A stretch of 64,000 bases of DNA from Candidatus Enterousia sp. (GTDB taxonomy: Bacteria; Pseudomonadota; Alphaproteobacteria; Rs-D84), in contig JAZLBQ010000024.1 of the NCBI GenBank assembly GCA_045613785.1, positions 49,572 through 113,571 of the forward strand, read 5' to 3'. How positions within the stretch are numbered: the stretch's first letter is position 1; every line of letters starts with the position of its first letter. The position numbers were made by a program, and so were the translations under genes. Shown here one piece after another: positions 28,483 to 37,582 of this stretch. The notes under the pieces were generated by a model, which saw only the letters and a program-made list of their open reading frames with translations, was not told the DNA's origin and ran no database searches.

Positions 28483-29367
28483 ATGAGCAGATTTTTTTCA
28501 GTGTTTCTTTTAATCTTGGGAATTGGGCCTGCAGTGGCGTCTGTGCCAACATTGACACCAGCGACGGGGCGTGGAAGGGCATCTATGTCAAATCAGATGA
28601 TGGCTGCACCTCGTGCGGTTGCATCAAAGGCTCAGATTTCAGCGGGGGCGGCATTGACACCAGAGTCTGTGACGGTAAATAAGCCAAGTGTCAAGGTGGA
28701 AGACGTTGATGCAAGTCTGGCCGTAAAACCAGAAGAGATGAAACCTGTAGAAAAAGATATGCGTGAAAAAGAAAAACGTGCTTGCTTGCAGAATAATATT
28801 GGTGTTGGAAATACTTTTGTTTGGGCATCTCGTTATAGCAACTTGGGCAGTTATTCAACAATGATTGAAGATGTCGAAGAACCAGATAACAATACTTGTT
28901 TTGTAAAAGTCGAATTAAAATCAAATGATTCAAGAATTAGTGTGGCGGACGTTTTGCCAAAATACTATGAAATGGGCAGAATTATAACCTGTGGTGAATG
29001 GGCAAATAAGGATACACTGAAAAAACGTATTTTAGATGCTAAAAAATCTGCACGAACATGGGCAACAGTTGGTGGGGCAGTCGGTGGTGCAGCTGTTGGT
29101 GTTGGTGCAATGGAATTGTTTGGAAACAGATTGATTGGTGGTAGTGTAGAAGGACAGAAACATTTGGAACGTAATGATCAGGTCGGCTTGTTGCGTTCAC
29201 AGTTGGCTGTTCTACAAAAAGATAATGAAACAGAATATGGACGTTTTATTGGTAATTTAAAGTCATTGAAGGAAGACTGTAATGATAAGGTTTGGGATAC
29301 AGAGGCGACAAAAAAACCAGATGCCTGTAAAAAGTGGGAACCGTATTTCGTGATTCTGTCAGAATAA
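28483..29367 (+). CDS. Exported hypothetical protein with a glycine-zipper segment
   Basis: Signal peptide; VGGAVGGAAVGVGA; several Cys. Confidence 0.7.
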   Translation: MSRFFSVFLLILGIGPAVASVPTLTPATGRGRASMSNQMMAAPRAVASKAQISAGAALTPESVTVNKPSVKVEDVDASLAVKPEEMKPVEKDMREKEKRACLQNNIGVGNTFVWASRYSNLGSYSTMIEDVEEPDNNTCFVKVELKSNDSRISVADVLPKYYEMGRIITCGEWANKDTLKKRILDAKKSARTWATVGGAVGGAAVGVGAMELFGNRLIGGSVEGQKHLERNDQVGLLRSQLAVLQKDNETEYGRFIGNLKSLKEDCNDKVWDTEATKKPDACKKWEPYFVILSE

Positions 29368-29463
29368 TAAAAGAAATCCGCATAAGCGGATTTTTTTTAT
29401 GAACGCTTTTGCCATAATTAAATGCACTTGAATTAAATTTCAAAATTATCGTATAGTCCGACT

Positions 29464-30486
29464 ATGTCAGATATATATAATAAGTTGTTGATTTTGAGAA
29501 CGCCGGGTATTGGACCAGTAAAGTATAGGGCATTGGTTGAACGTTTCGGTTCTGTGGCGACAGCTGCACAATCTTTGAATTCAGATTTAGCGTTTTGTGA
29601 TTCGGTTCTGCATGAGATGGAGGCCGCTAAGAAACAACATATATATTATATAGATGATGAAGATGAACGTTATCCTGTGGCGTTGAAGGAAATAAAAAAC
29701 CATCCGCCTGTTATTTCAGTGCGTGGAAATTTAGATGTCTTGAAGAAACAGGCTGTCGCTATTGTTGGAACAAGGCACGCAACAGCCGCAGGTATGGAAT
29801 TAGTCGCCGATATTGCACAACGATTCGCAGAAAATAATGTGGCGGTTATATCTGGTATGGCAATCGGAACAGATACGGCTGCACATCGTGGGGCATTGCG
29901 TGCGAGTGGGGATTCTCAAACGATTGCGGTTTTGGCTGGCGGGGTAGATTATATTTGGCCACTGGAAAACGAACGTTTGTATCACCAGATATTAGAGCGG
30001 GGTGCTGTTGTTAGCGAAATGCCGGTTGGTTATGTCCCTGTTGCAACTAATTTTGTTCAGCGAAACCGAATCGTCGCAGGATTCGCAAATCGCTTGATTC
30101 TGGGTGAGGCAGATTTGAAATCAGGTTCAATGACAACAGCACGATTCGCAATCGATTTTGGACGTGATGTGTGGGCAATTCCATCGCACCCCGCAGATTC
30201 CCGGGCGTTGGGGCCTAATACACTGATTCGGAGTGGTGATGCAAAACTGTGTATGGGGGTAGATGATTTTTTTGCAACTGATGAAAAAAAATCAAATGTG
30301 AAAAAAATATCAAAAAAATCTGATGCGGAATTTAATCTAATTGACGCAATAGGAACTGTTCCTGTGTCTGAATCTGTATTGACAGGTGTTGCCAAAAAAA
30401 CGATTTCGGAAATTAAAAGCGAATTGGTTGTCTTGGAATTGCAGGGTTTAGTGCGAAAAGTTGACGGTGGCTATGTTCGAAACTGA
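29464..30486 (+). CDS. dprA: DNA-processing protein DprA
   Basis: AIVGTR, SGMA-x-G-x-D-x-x-AH, F..RNRIVAG, SGSMTTA motifs; C-terminal winged helix. Confidence 0.95.
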   Translation: MSDIYNKLLILRTPGIGPVKYRALVERFGSVATAAQSLNSDLAFCDSVLHEMEAAKKQHIYYIDDEDERYPVALKEIKNHPPVISVRGNLDVLKKQAVAIVGTRHATAAGMELVADIAQRFAENNVAVISGMAIGTDTAAHRGALRASGDSQTIAVLAGGVDYIWPLENERLYHQILERGAVVSEMPVGYVPVATNFVQRNRIVAGFANRLILGEADLKSGSMTTARFAIDFGRDVWAIPSHPADSRALGPNTLIRSGDAKLCMGVDDFFATDEKKSNVKKISKKSDAEFNLIDAIGTVPVSESVLTGVAKKTISEIKSELVVLELQGLVRKVDGGYVRN

Positions 30487-30891
30487 TTCTTTTTATGTAT
30501 ATACGCTGTATATACAAGCGGCGGAAAATGGGTAAAAAAACGAATCGTTGTCAAAAAATAAAAGTGAAAAAATTGGTTAAAGTTTGGTTGTAAACTGGAA
30601 AATATCATTTAACTTATTTGACGTATCCAAAACGAAAAACAAACAAAAAAATGGGGCGGGGTTTTGAGAGAGATTTCAAAATAACGTTCTGAGAAAATGG
30701 ATGGATTTTTATTTAGGTGCAATGACCAAAAATAAAATGAAGTTCGAAAATTTTAACGGCGAGAGAGTTAAAAGTAGGACAATAAAAATATCAGAATTCT
30801 GAACGGGAAGGCAGAAAATGATGTTTTGTGCAGGTGACTTTTACAACCTGGTTCGGAAGGCTCTCTTTTAGGGAAGGAAAGGAGAAACAGA

Positions 30892-32169
30892 ATGCAGACA
30901 GCAGCAAAAATTCAGATGACAAACCTGGAAACAATCAAAGGGGCCATTGCTGCAAAAGTCGATTCTGCTACATTTACTTCTTGGATTGCACCTTTGTCTT
31001 TTGATGTTGTAGATGGTGTTTTGGTATTAGGTGCACAAAATCAGTTTTCTGCAGATTTTATCAACAGTGTTCATGCAGGTGTTTTGTCAGATGTTGCTGC
31101 ATCTTTTGGTTTGGGCGTAAAAGTTGTTGTTCGTAATGCCAAAGTTGCTGCAGCACCAGTTGCAAATGACAACAAGGCACAGGCATTCGCACCAGTCGCA
31201 ACACCAGTTGCTACAAACGTTGCTTTTGATGCTTTTGTTACATCAGATGAAAATATGTTCGTTGTTTCTGCATGCAAGAAAGTTGCAGCAGGTGTGGTTG
31301 CGTTTTCTCCTTTGTTTATCTATGGTGCAGCAGGTTGTGGTAAATCTTTGTTGGCAGAATGCATTTGTGGTGCTGCAAATTCAAAAGTTGTAAAGATGAG
31401 TGGTGCACAGTTCGTTTCTGAATTTACACGTAGCCTGAAAGAACACAATGTTTTCGCTTTTAAAGATTTCTGCCGTAATTGTGAAACTTTTATCTTGGAC
31501 GATGTTCAGGCATTAAGTGGTAAAAAAGCATCAACAGAAGAATTCTTGCAGTTGGTTGTTGATTTACGCAATGCTGGCAAAAATATTGTTATCACTGCAA
31601 ATGCAGCACCAAGCAATTTGACAGGTTTTGATCGTCATGCCCAGGGGTTGTTGGCATCAGGTTTGGTTGCAGATGTCGTTGCACCAAATACATATGTAAA
31701 GTCAGTTATGTTGAAACGTGCAGGTGTAAAATCAGATGTTGCAGATGTTTTGGTAAAACGTATTGCAAATGATGGACATCAAATCGCAGGTGTTGCAACA
31801 AAAATCAAAGCATATGTTGAATTGATGGGTGCAAATGTTGATATGGAAATTGCACAGCGTTTGTTGGCAGATACGTTGCAGACTGCAAAAACACCAACAG
31901 CAATGGTCAAAGATATGTGTGAAAAATTGGCTGTTTCATATGATGCAGTTTGTGGCAGTGGTCGCAGTCGTTCATTGGTTTTGGCTCGTCAGATTATGAT
32001 GGTTGTATTAAAAGAAGCGACACAGTTGTCTTTGTCAGAAATTGGTAATTTTGTTGGTGGTCGTGATCATGCAACGGTTTTGTATGCAATCAAACAAATT
32101 GAAAAGCAAAAGGCAAATGATTTGGTTTTGGCCGCCCAGATTCAACAGTTTGTAAATGAATGCAAATAA
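30892..32169 (+). CDS. dnaA: Chromosomal replication initiator DnaA (divergent AAA+ domain)
   Basis: Domain I F..WI.PL, PLFIYG..G.GKS, ILDDVQ, domain IV RQI-M...SLSEIG...GGRDHATV. Confidence 0.85.
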   Translation: MQTAAKIQMTNLETIKGAIAAKVDSATFTSWIAPLSFDVVDGVLVLGAQNQFSADFINSVHAGVLSDVAASFGLGVKVVVRNAKVAAAPVANDNKAQAFAPVATPVATNVAFDAFVTSDENMFVVSACKKVAAGVVAFSPLFIYGAAGCGKSLLAECICGAANSKVVKMSGAQFVSEFTRSLKEHNVFAFKDFCRNCETFILDDVQALSGKKASTEEFLQLVVDLRNAGKNIVITANAAPSNLTGFDRHAQGLLASGLVADVVAPNTYVKSVMLKRAGVKSDVADVLVKRIANDGHQIAGVATKIKAYVELMGANVDMEIAQRLLADTLQTAKTPTAMVKDMCEKLAVSYDAVCGSGRSRSLVLARQIMMVVLKEATQLSLSEIGNFVGGRDHATVLYAIKQIEKQKANDLVLAAQIQQFVNECK

Positions 32170-32264
32170 AAACCGCCCGTTTGGGCGTTTTTATATTTGG
32201 ATTGATGGAGTAATTATGGTAAAATAAAAGCAATAATGATATCTAGATTCAAAGGGGAAAGGAT

Positions 32265-33806
32265 ATGAAAAAAATTCTGATGCTGTCAGTTTTTTGTGGA
32301 ATCTTTATGCTTGCAGGTGGGGCAAGTTTTGCAAGTCCGACATTTGGGTATGGGATGCCACCAGTAACTTCTTCGGCGGGAAGCTCTTTGCAAAAGTGTA
32401 TATTAGCAGCCTGTCCAAAGGAAGATTCGTATATTGGTGAAAACAAAGAATACATTCGTTCGACCCCAGATAGCGACCAATGTTATTCTTGTGATAGTGA
32501 TAATGGGGCGTTTGGAAATGGGCAAGAGTGTGGTTATGGGCATATTATTGGGCAACGTGATGTGCATGATGGTGAAATTATTCATTTGTTTCAGTGTGTA
32601 GATGCTACTGGGGCTTGGGATGAGTGGCGCTCATTTAATCCAACGATGATTTGTAAAAATTCGCCTTTGAAACAAGAGGCGCCAAATAATGGACGTGTTA
32701 GGTATTTATTAGAAGGAACAAAAGCAACCCATACCGTAGAGACAGGTGGGGATAATAATATTACATTGGCAGGGAATGATACCTGTGTTTATTATGCGTG
32801 TAATGATGGGTATATTCCAAATACAGATAAAACAGATTGTATAGAGGACAATCGGCAAAATGTTTGTGAAACGTCTGGTGGCGTTTGGTCGAATAATACT
32901 TGTTCTTGTGATGCAGGAAAAAATTTGAAATTAAAAGCAGACAGAACCGCTTGTGAATGTATCAATAATGATTATGAATTTAAGTCTGCAAGCGAGGGAT
33001 GCGTCGAAACAGAAGCGTCAAAGCAAAAGAAAAAAGCAACAGAAGACGAATCTAGACGGCAGCGACAGGAACAACAAAATCAACAAAAAGCAAAAAGATG
33101 TCGTGATTCTGGTGGGGAGTGGAAAGGTAGTTTGTGCAAATGTGATAATGCTAAAAATTTACGTGAAGATGGTGGTGTTTGTGTTTGCTTAGATGATAAT
33201 TACAAACGCAATGGAAACAAATGTGATTTGACAGATGAAGCCACTGCACGACGTGAATGTGAGGCTGCGTCTGGAACAGGAGCATATTGGGAAACAGGTC
33301 AATGTAAATGCGATAATCCACGTAATATTTATCGGGGTAAGAAATGTGTTTTGAATCCTGCAATCGTATCTTGTGAAAATATTCCAGGGGCGGTTTGGAA
33401 TGTGGCGGAAGCGGATTGTCGTTGTGTAGATGAAGGCAAGGTATTAAATGATGCGGGAACCGCTTGTGTTGAATCGGCTGATGCACGTGCGAAGCGTGAA
33501 AAATTGGAAGCGGAGGCTGAAGTGTCGGCGATTCAAAAACGTATAACCAGTGCGGCAGATGTGTTGGATTCGATTCGTTCTGGATTCAAGGTCAGTGTCT
33601 GGAAAGACGAAAAAGGTAATTTTAATACTTCACGTTTGGTATCAGATTCTGTGGCAGGGGTTGTTTTGGGAACTGCTGGGGGGTTGATAACCAGTAATAT
33701 TGTAAAAAAGAACCAAATCGAAGATGGTTTCGAAGATATTCAATGCACTGTTGGAGGTCAGGTGATTTCTAACTGGGGCGATGAGTTCCGCGTCGGTATC
33801 CAATAA
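32265..33806 (+). CDS. Exported Cys-rich repeat protein with C-terminal glycine-zipper domain
   Basis: Signal peptide; four C-x(4-7)-G-x-x-W-x(4-6)-C-x-C repeats; SVAGVVLGTAGGLI. Confidence 0.75.
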   Translation: MKKILMLSVFCGIFMLAGGASFASPTFGYGMPPVTSSAGSSLQKCILAACPKEDSYIGENKEYIRSTPDSDQCYSCDSDNGAFGNGQECGYGHIIGQRDVHDGEIIHLFQCVDATGAWDEWRSFNPTMICKNSPLKQEAPNNGRVRYLLEGTKATHTVETGGDNNITLAGNDTCVYYACNDGYIPNTDKTDCIEDNRQNVCETSGGVWSNNTCSCDAGKNLKLKADRTACECINNDYEFKSASEGCVETEASKQKKKATEDESRRQRQEQQNQQKAKRCRDSGGEWKGSLCKCDNAKNLREDGGVCVCLDDNYKRNGNKCDLTDEATARRECEAASGTGAYWETGQCKCDNPRNIYRGKKCVLNPAIVSCENIPGAVWNVAEADCRCVDEGKVLNDAGTACVESADARAKREKLEAEAEVSAIQKRITSAADVLDSIRSGFKVSVWKDEKGNFNTSRLVSDSVAGVVLGTAGGLITSNIVKKNQIEDGFEDIQCTVGGQVISNWGDEFRVGIQ

Positions 33807-33916
33807 AATGATGAGGAAAACCAAATAAAAAAATCCCAGTCCGGGGTTTTTTTATTTGAAATTTTTTGACTGTGCTTTTGCCGGCTTTTTATGGGTAGGG
33901 AAATTTATACAATTAC

Positions 33917-33945
33917 TTGATTTTTTGAGGTTTTTGTTTTATCCT
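33917..33945 (+). promoter_or_regulatory. Sigma70 promoter of the ileS leader
   Basis: TTGATT-17-TATCCT ending 8 nt before the leader ATG. Confidence 0.6.
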
Positions 33946-33953
33946 GGTGCGTG

Positions 33954-33986
33954 ATGATTCAGACAACAATAATTATTATTAAATAA
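33954..33986 (+). CDS. Ile-rich leader peptide MIQTTIIIIK
   Basis: ATG ATT CAG ACA ACA ATA ATT ATT ATT AAA TAA; in-frame GTG at 33951. Confidence 0.75.
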   Translation: MIQTTIIIIK

Positions 33987-33987
33987 C

Positions 33988-34035
33988 TGGCGACTGCGCT
34001 TTGGCGGTGGCTGGGGCGCATGGGCGCCCGTTTTT
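33988..34035 (+). promoter_or_regulatory. Attenuator with alternative antiterminator/terminator hairpins
   Basis: Terminator GGGCGC-atgg-GCGCCC-gTTTTT (34014-34035); competing pairing TGCGCTTT(33995-34002)/GGGGCGCA(34013-20). Confidence 0.7.
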
Positions 34036-34048
34036 AATTTAAAAACAG

Positions 34049-37000
34049 GTGATGAATATGGCTTATACAAAAACTGATGCACGTCCAGATTTTACAGCCT
34101 TGGAACAAGGTGTCTTGAAAAAGTGGGCAGATGAAAATACTTTCCATAAGTCGTTGGAACAGACTAAACAGGGACATCCGTTTAGTTTCTATGATGGGCC
34201 GCCTTTTGCAAATGGTTTGCCACACTGGGGACATTTGGGTGTGTCAGTGGTCAAGGATATGGTCGCACGTTTCCAGACAATGAACGGACGTTTCGTTCGT
34301 CGTGAATTGGGCTGGGATTGCCATGGATTGCCTGCGGAAAACTCGGTTGAAAAAAAACAGGGGCGAGCCGCCAAGGATATTGTTGCAAATGACGGAATTG
34401 CAGCATTCTGTGATATGTGCAGAACAGATGTTATGACATATACTAATGAATGGAATCATTTTATTCAGCGTATGGGACGTTGGGTCGATATAGGTGATCA
34501 ATATGGTTATAAAACCATGAATAAGAACTATATGGAATCTATGTTGTGGACGTTAAAGTCGCTGTATGAAAAGGGCTTGTTATACAAAGATTACAGTGTG
34601 AATCCATATGATTGGGTAAATGGGACGGTGATTTCTAATTCAGAGGCGTCCAGTGATTATCGTGAAATTGTTGATGATGCTGTAACTGTTTGGTTCAAAC
34701 TGGAAAATGGTGATCGTGCAATTGCATGGACAACTACACCATGGACGTTGCCTGCAAATTCTGCGTTGGCGGTAAATCCAAATATGGAATATCTGCGTAT
34801 GCAGGATAGTGATGGGGCGGTCTATGTCGTCGCAGCAAGTCGATTAAAGGCATATGAAAAACAGTTCGCAAATGCAACGCAGATTGGTTCTGTCAAAGGG
34901 GCTGACTTGGTTGGATTGCACTATGAGCCGTTGTTCCCATATTATGCAGGGCAATCTGATTTGTTGTTCCAGGTAATCCCAGCAGATTATGTTTCTGATT
35001 CTGATGGAACAGGTATTGTTCATATCGCACCAGCATATGGGGCAGAAGACTTTTGGGCAGCAAAAAATGTCGATCCAAAATTCCCTGTGCTGTTAAATGT
35101 CGGAACATATGGGAACTTTGATGAAACAGTTGTCGATTTCGCAGGGGAAAATATCTTTGCCGCAACACCAAAAATTATGGATTGGTTAAAGGCAAATGGT
35201 CGCTTGGTCAAAAAAGAACAATATAAACACTCGTATCCATTTGGAGATAGATCCAAAGAAAAATTGATTCAGCGTGCAACCGATTCGTGGTATATCGATG
35301 TGCCAAAAATCAAAGATAAATTATTGGCAAATAATGCAATGGTAAATTGGACTAGTGCAGGGGAACGTTTCCGTTCGTGGATTGAAAATGCACGTCCTTG
35401 GTCAATATCCAGAAACCGTTTCTGGGGTATGCCTTTGCCAATATGGGAAAAAGATGGCGAATATAAAATCTTTGGTTCTATTGCAGAATTAGAAGAATTC
35501 TTTGGTGTGACTGTTGATGATTTGCATCGCCCAACGTTGGATAAACTGACCAAAGACGGATGGGTGCGTATCCCAGATGTTTTGGATTGCTGGGTGGAAT
35601 CAGGGTCTATGCCGTGGGCTTCGTTGCACTATCCATTTGAAAATGTTGACCGTTTTAACGCAACGTTCCCAGCAGACTATATTATCGAAGGACAAGACCA
35701 AACACGTGGTTGGTTCTATGCGTTGATGGTTCTGGCAACGGCTTTGTTTGATAAGCCTGCGTTTAGAGTTGTGTCCGCAAATGGTATGGTGGTCGATGAA
35801 AATAAAAAGAAGTTCTCGAAATCTTTGCGGAACTTTGTTGATCCAAGCGAACAGATTGAACAGTATGGTGCAGATGCAGTGCGTTTGTATATCTTGGGGT
35901 CTAACTTTATGAAGGCTGAACCTGTGCCTGTCGATAAAGATGGTAAAGTTTTCGTTGAATCAACAAAAACTATTCAAACACCGTTGTGGAATGCATATCA
36001 CTTCTTTACATTGTATGCCAATGCAGGAAATATCACAGCACGTGAAATGGTAAATCCAGAAAATGCACTGGATAAATATATCTTGGCAGAATTAAATGTG
36101 CTGATTGCAACAGTGAAAAAGTCTTTGGACGAATATAAACCAGATGCTGCAATCAAGGAATTTGTGCGTTTCTTGGATATATTAAATAACTGGTATATCA
36201 GACGTGGTCGTGCAAGATTTTGGGACGAAGAACAAGATGCGTTCGATACGCTGTGGACAGTGCTGACCGGCGTATGCAGGGTTTTGGCACCTTTCGCACC
36301 GTTCGTTTCTGAATATATCTTTACAAATTTGACAGGTGATGAATCTGTGCATTTGACTAAGTTCCCTGTGCCAGGTGATGTCGATAACAAAATCGTTGAT
36401 GATATGCGTCGTGTGCAGGCAATTGTGTCTGTCGGAAAGCAATTGCGTGAACAATATGGTCTGCGTAATCGTTTGCCATTGAATATGTTGACTGTGGCAG
36501 GGGTAAATCTGGAAAAGTATGCAGATATTATCAAGGACGAATTAAATGTGAAATCGATAAAGTTTGATGCCAATATCGAAACGGTTGCTGATAGCTTTGT
36601 CTATTTGATTACACCAAAAATTGGTGGTAGATTGGGTGGTGCTTTGAAAGAAATTATCCCAGCAGTAAAACGTGGTGATTATGAAATCGATGGCGATAAG
36701 TTGGTTGCCGCAGGGCATGTGCTGAACGCAGATGAATTTGAAATGCGTTTGACAGTGCGTCCTGGAATTACGGGGGCAGCATTGTCAGATAATACTGCTG
36801 TTGTTGTGCTGGATACCGAAATCAGTGCCGAGTTGGTCGCCGAAGGATTGGCCAATGACGCATTGCGTTTTATCCAGGATACTCGCAAGGCAGCAGGGCT
36901 GGATGTGTCAGATAGAATTATTTTGACATATACGGCAGAACCAGCATTGGCAAATGCAATTGAACAGCACAAGCGTCGCATTATGCGTGATGCGCTGGTT

Positions 37001-37081
37001 GTTGAAATGAATACCGGCGATGGTGAATATAACACCGATATCGAAGGATACAACCTGAGTATTTCTGTTAACAAGGCATAA
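34049..37081 (+). CDS. ileS: Isoleucine--tRNA ligase, type 2 (eukaryote/archaea-like)
   Basis: DGPPFANGLPHWGH, GWDCHGLP, WTTTPWTLP, ISRNRFWG, EGQDQTRGWF, KFSKS; long type-2 C-terminus (Q..RK..GL.V.DRI) without a zinc finger. Confidence 0.96.
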   Translation: MMNMAYTKTDARPDFTALEQGVLKKWADENTFHKSLEQTKQGHPFSFYDGPPFANGLPHWGHLGVSVVKDMVARFQTMNGRFVRRELGWDCHGLPAENSVEKKQGRAAKDIVANDGIAAFCDMCRTDVMTYTNEWNHFIQRMGRWVDIGDQYGYKTMNKNYMESMLWTLKSLYEKGLLYKDYSVNPYDWVNGTVISNSEASSDYREIVDDAVTVWFKLENGDRAIAWTTTPWTLPANSALAVNPNMEYLRMQDSDGAVYVVAASRLKAYEKQFANATQIGSVKGADLVGLHYEPLFPYYAGQSDLLFQVIPADYVSDSDGTGIVHIAPAYGAEDFWAAKNVDPKFPVLLNVGTYGNFDETVVDFAGENIFAATPKIMDWLKANGRLVKKEQYKHSYPFGDRSKEKLIQRATDSWYIDVPKIKDKLLANNAMVNWTSAGERFRSWIENARPWSISRNRFWGMPLPIWEKDGEYKIFGSIAELEEFFGVTVDDLHRPTLDKLTKDGWVRIPDVLDCWVESGSMPWASLHYPFENVDRFNATFPADYIIEGQDQTRGWFYALMVLATALFDKPAFRVVSANGMVVDENKKKFSKSLRNFVDPSEQIEQYGADAVRLYILGSNFMKAEPVPVDKDGKVFVESTKTIQTPLWNAYHFFTLYANAGNITAREMVNPENALDKYILAELNVLIATVKKSLDEYKPDAAIKEFVRFLDILNNWYIRRGRARFWDEEQDAFDTLWTVLTGVCRVLAPFAPFVSEYIFTNLTGDESVHLTKFPVPGDVDNKIVDDMRRVQAIVSVGKQLREQYGLRNRLPLNMLTVAGVNLEKYADIIKDELNVKSIKFDANIETVADSFVYLITPKIGGRLGGALKEIIPAVKRGDYEIDGDKLVAAGHVLNADEFEMRLTVRPGITGAALSDNTAVVVLDTEISAELVAEGLANDALRFIQDTRKAAGLDVSDRIILTYTAEPALANAIEQHKRRIMRDALVVEMNTGDGEYNTDIEGYNLSISVNKA

Positions 37082-37092
37082 AGGAGTAAGTT

Positions 37093-37299
37093 ATGGCAGA
37101 AAAATATTGTTTAAACCCGTTACAAAAATGTAAATACCGTGCAGCAAGAACAGGAGATTGTGTAACATCAGAACATTGTGGGTATAAAGCCTGTTTTAAG
37201 TTTGGGATATCAAAAGAAACTGAGCTGTTGTTGCGCAACATGTGTGCAATTCAAATACAAAATGCACAAATTTTGGAACTGTTGCAGAAACAGAAATAG
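37093..37299 (+). CDS. Small Cys-rich hypothetical protein
   Basis: AAGGAG RBS; six Cys; C-terminal QNAQILELLQKQK. Confidence 0.65.
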   Translation: MAEKYCLNPLQKCKYRAARTGDCVTSEHCGYKACFKFGISKETELLLRNMCAIQIQNAQILELLQKQK

Positions 37300-37324
37300 G
37301 TAACAATGAAATAAGAGATAAGTT

Positions 37325-37582
37325 GTGGCAAAATATTATTGTAAAAAATATTTTTACCCAGAAAAATACGATAGATACAAATGTGAACAAAATGAAATGC
37401 GAGTATGTCCGCGCGAATGTTGTTCTTCTAGTTGGTGTTCACACAAATTGTATTTGGATAATGAACAGTTCGCAGTACTGGACAGTTTTCGTGTTGTAAA
37501 GGCACAAAATCTGGAAATCTTGAAACAAAATAAACAGATTATTGAAGAACTGGCATTGCAACAATTACAGAAATTAAAATAA
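37325..37582 (+). CDS. Small Cys-rich hypothetical protein
   Basis: GTG start; six Cys; QNKQIIEEL tail; stop overlaps the nth ATG (TAATG). Confidence 0.6.
   Translation: MAKYYCKKYFYPEKYDRYKCEQNEMRVCPRECCSSSWCSHKLYLDNEQFAVLDSFRVVKAQNLEILKQNKQIIEELALQQLQKLK

Noticed and set aside
30487-30891. oriC upstream of dnaA
   Set aside because: No TTATCCACA-like boxes or CtrA TTAA-N7-TTAA site found by eye, and no skew switch
33901-34048. T-box riboswitch upstream of ileS
   Set aside because: The leader is too short and lacks the TGGNACC T-box bulge and stem I; a leader peptide explains it better
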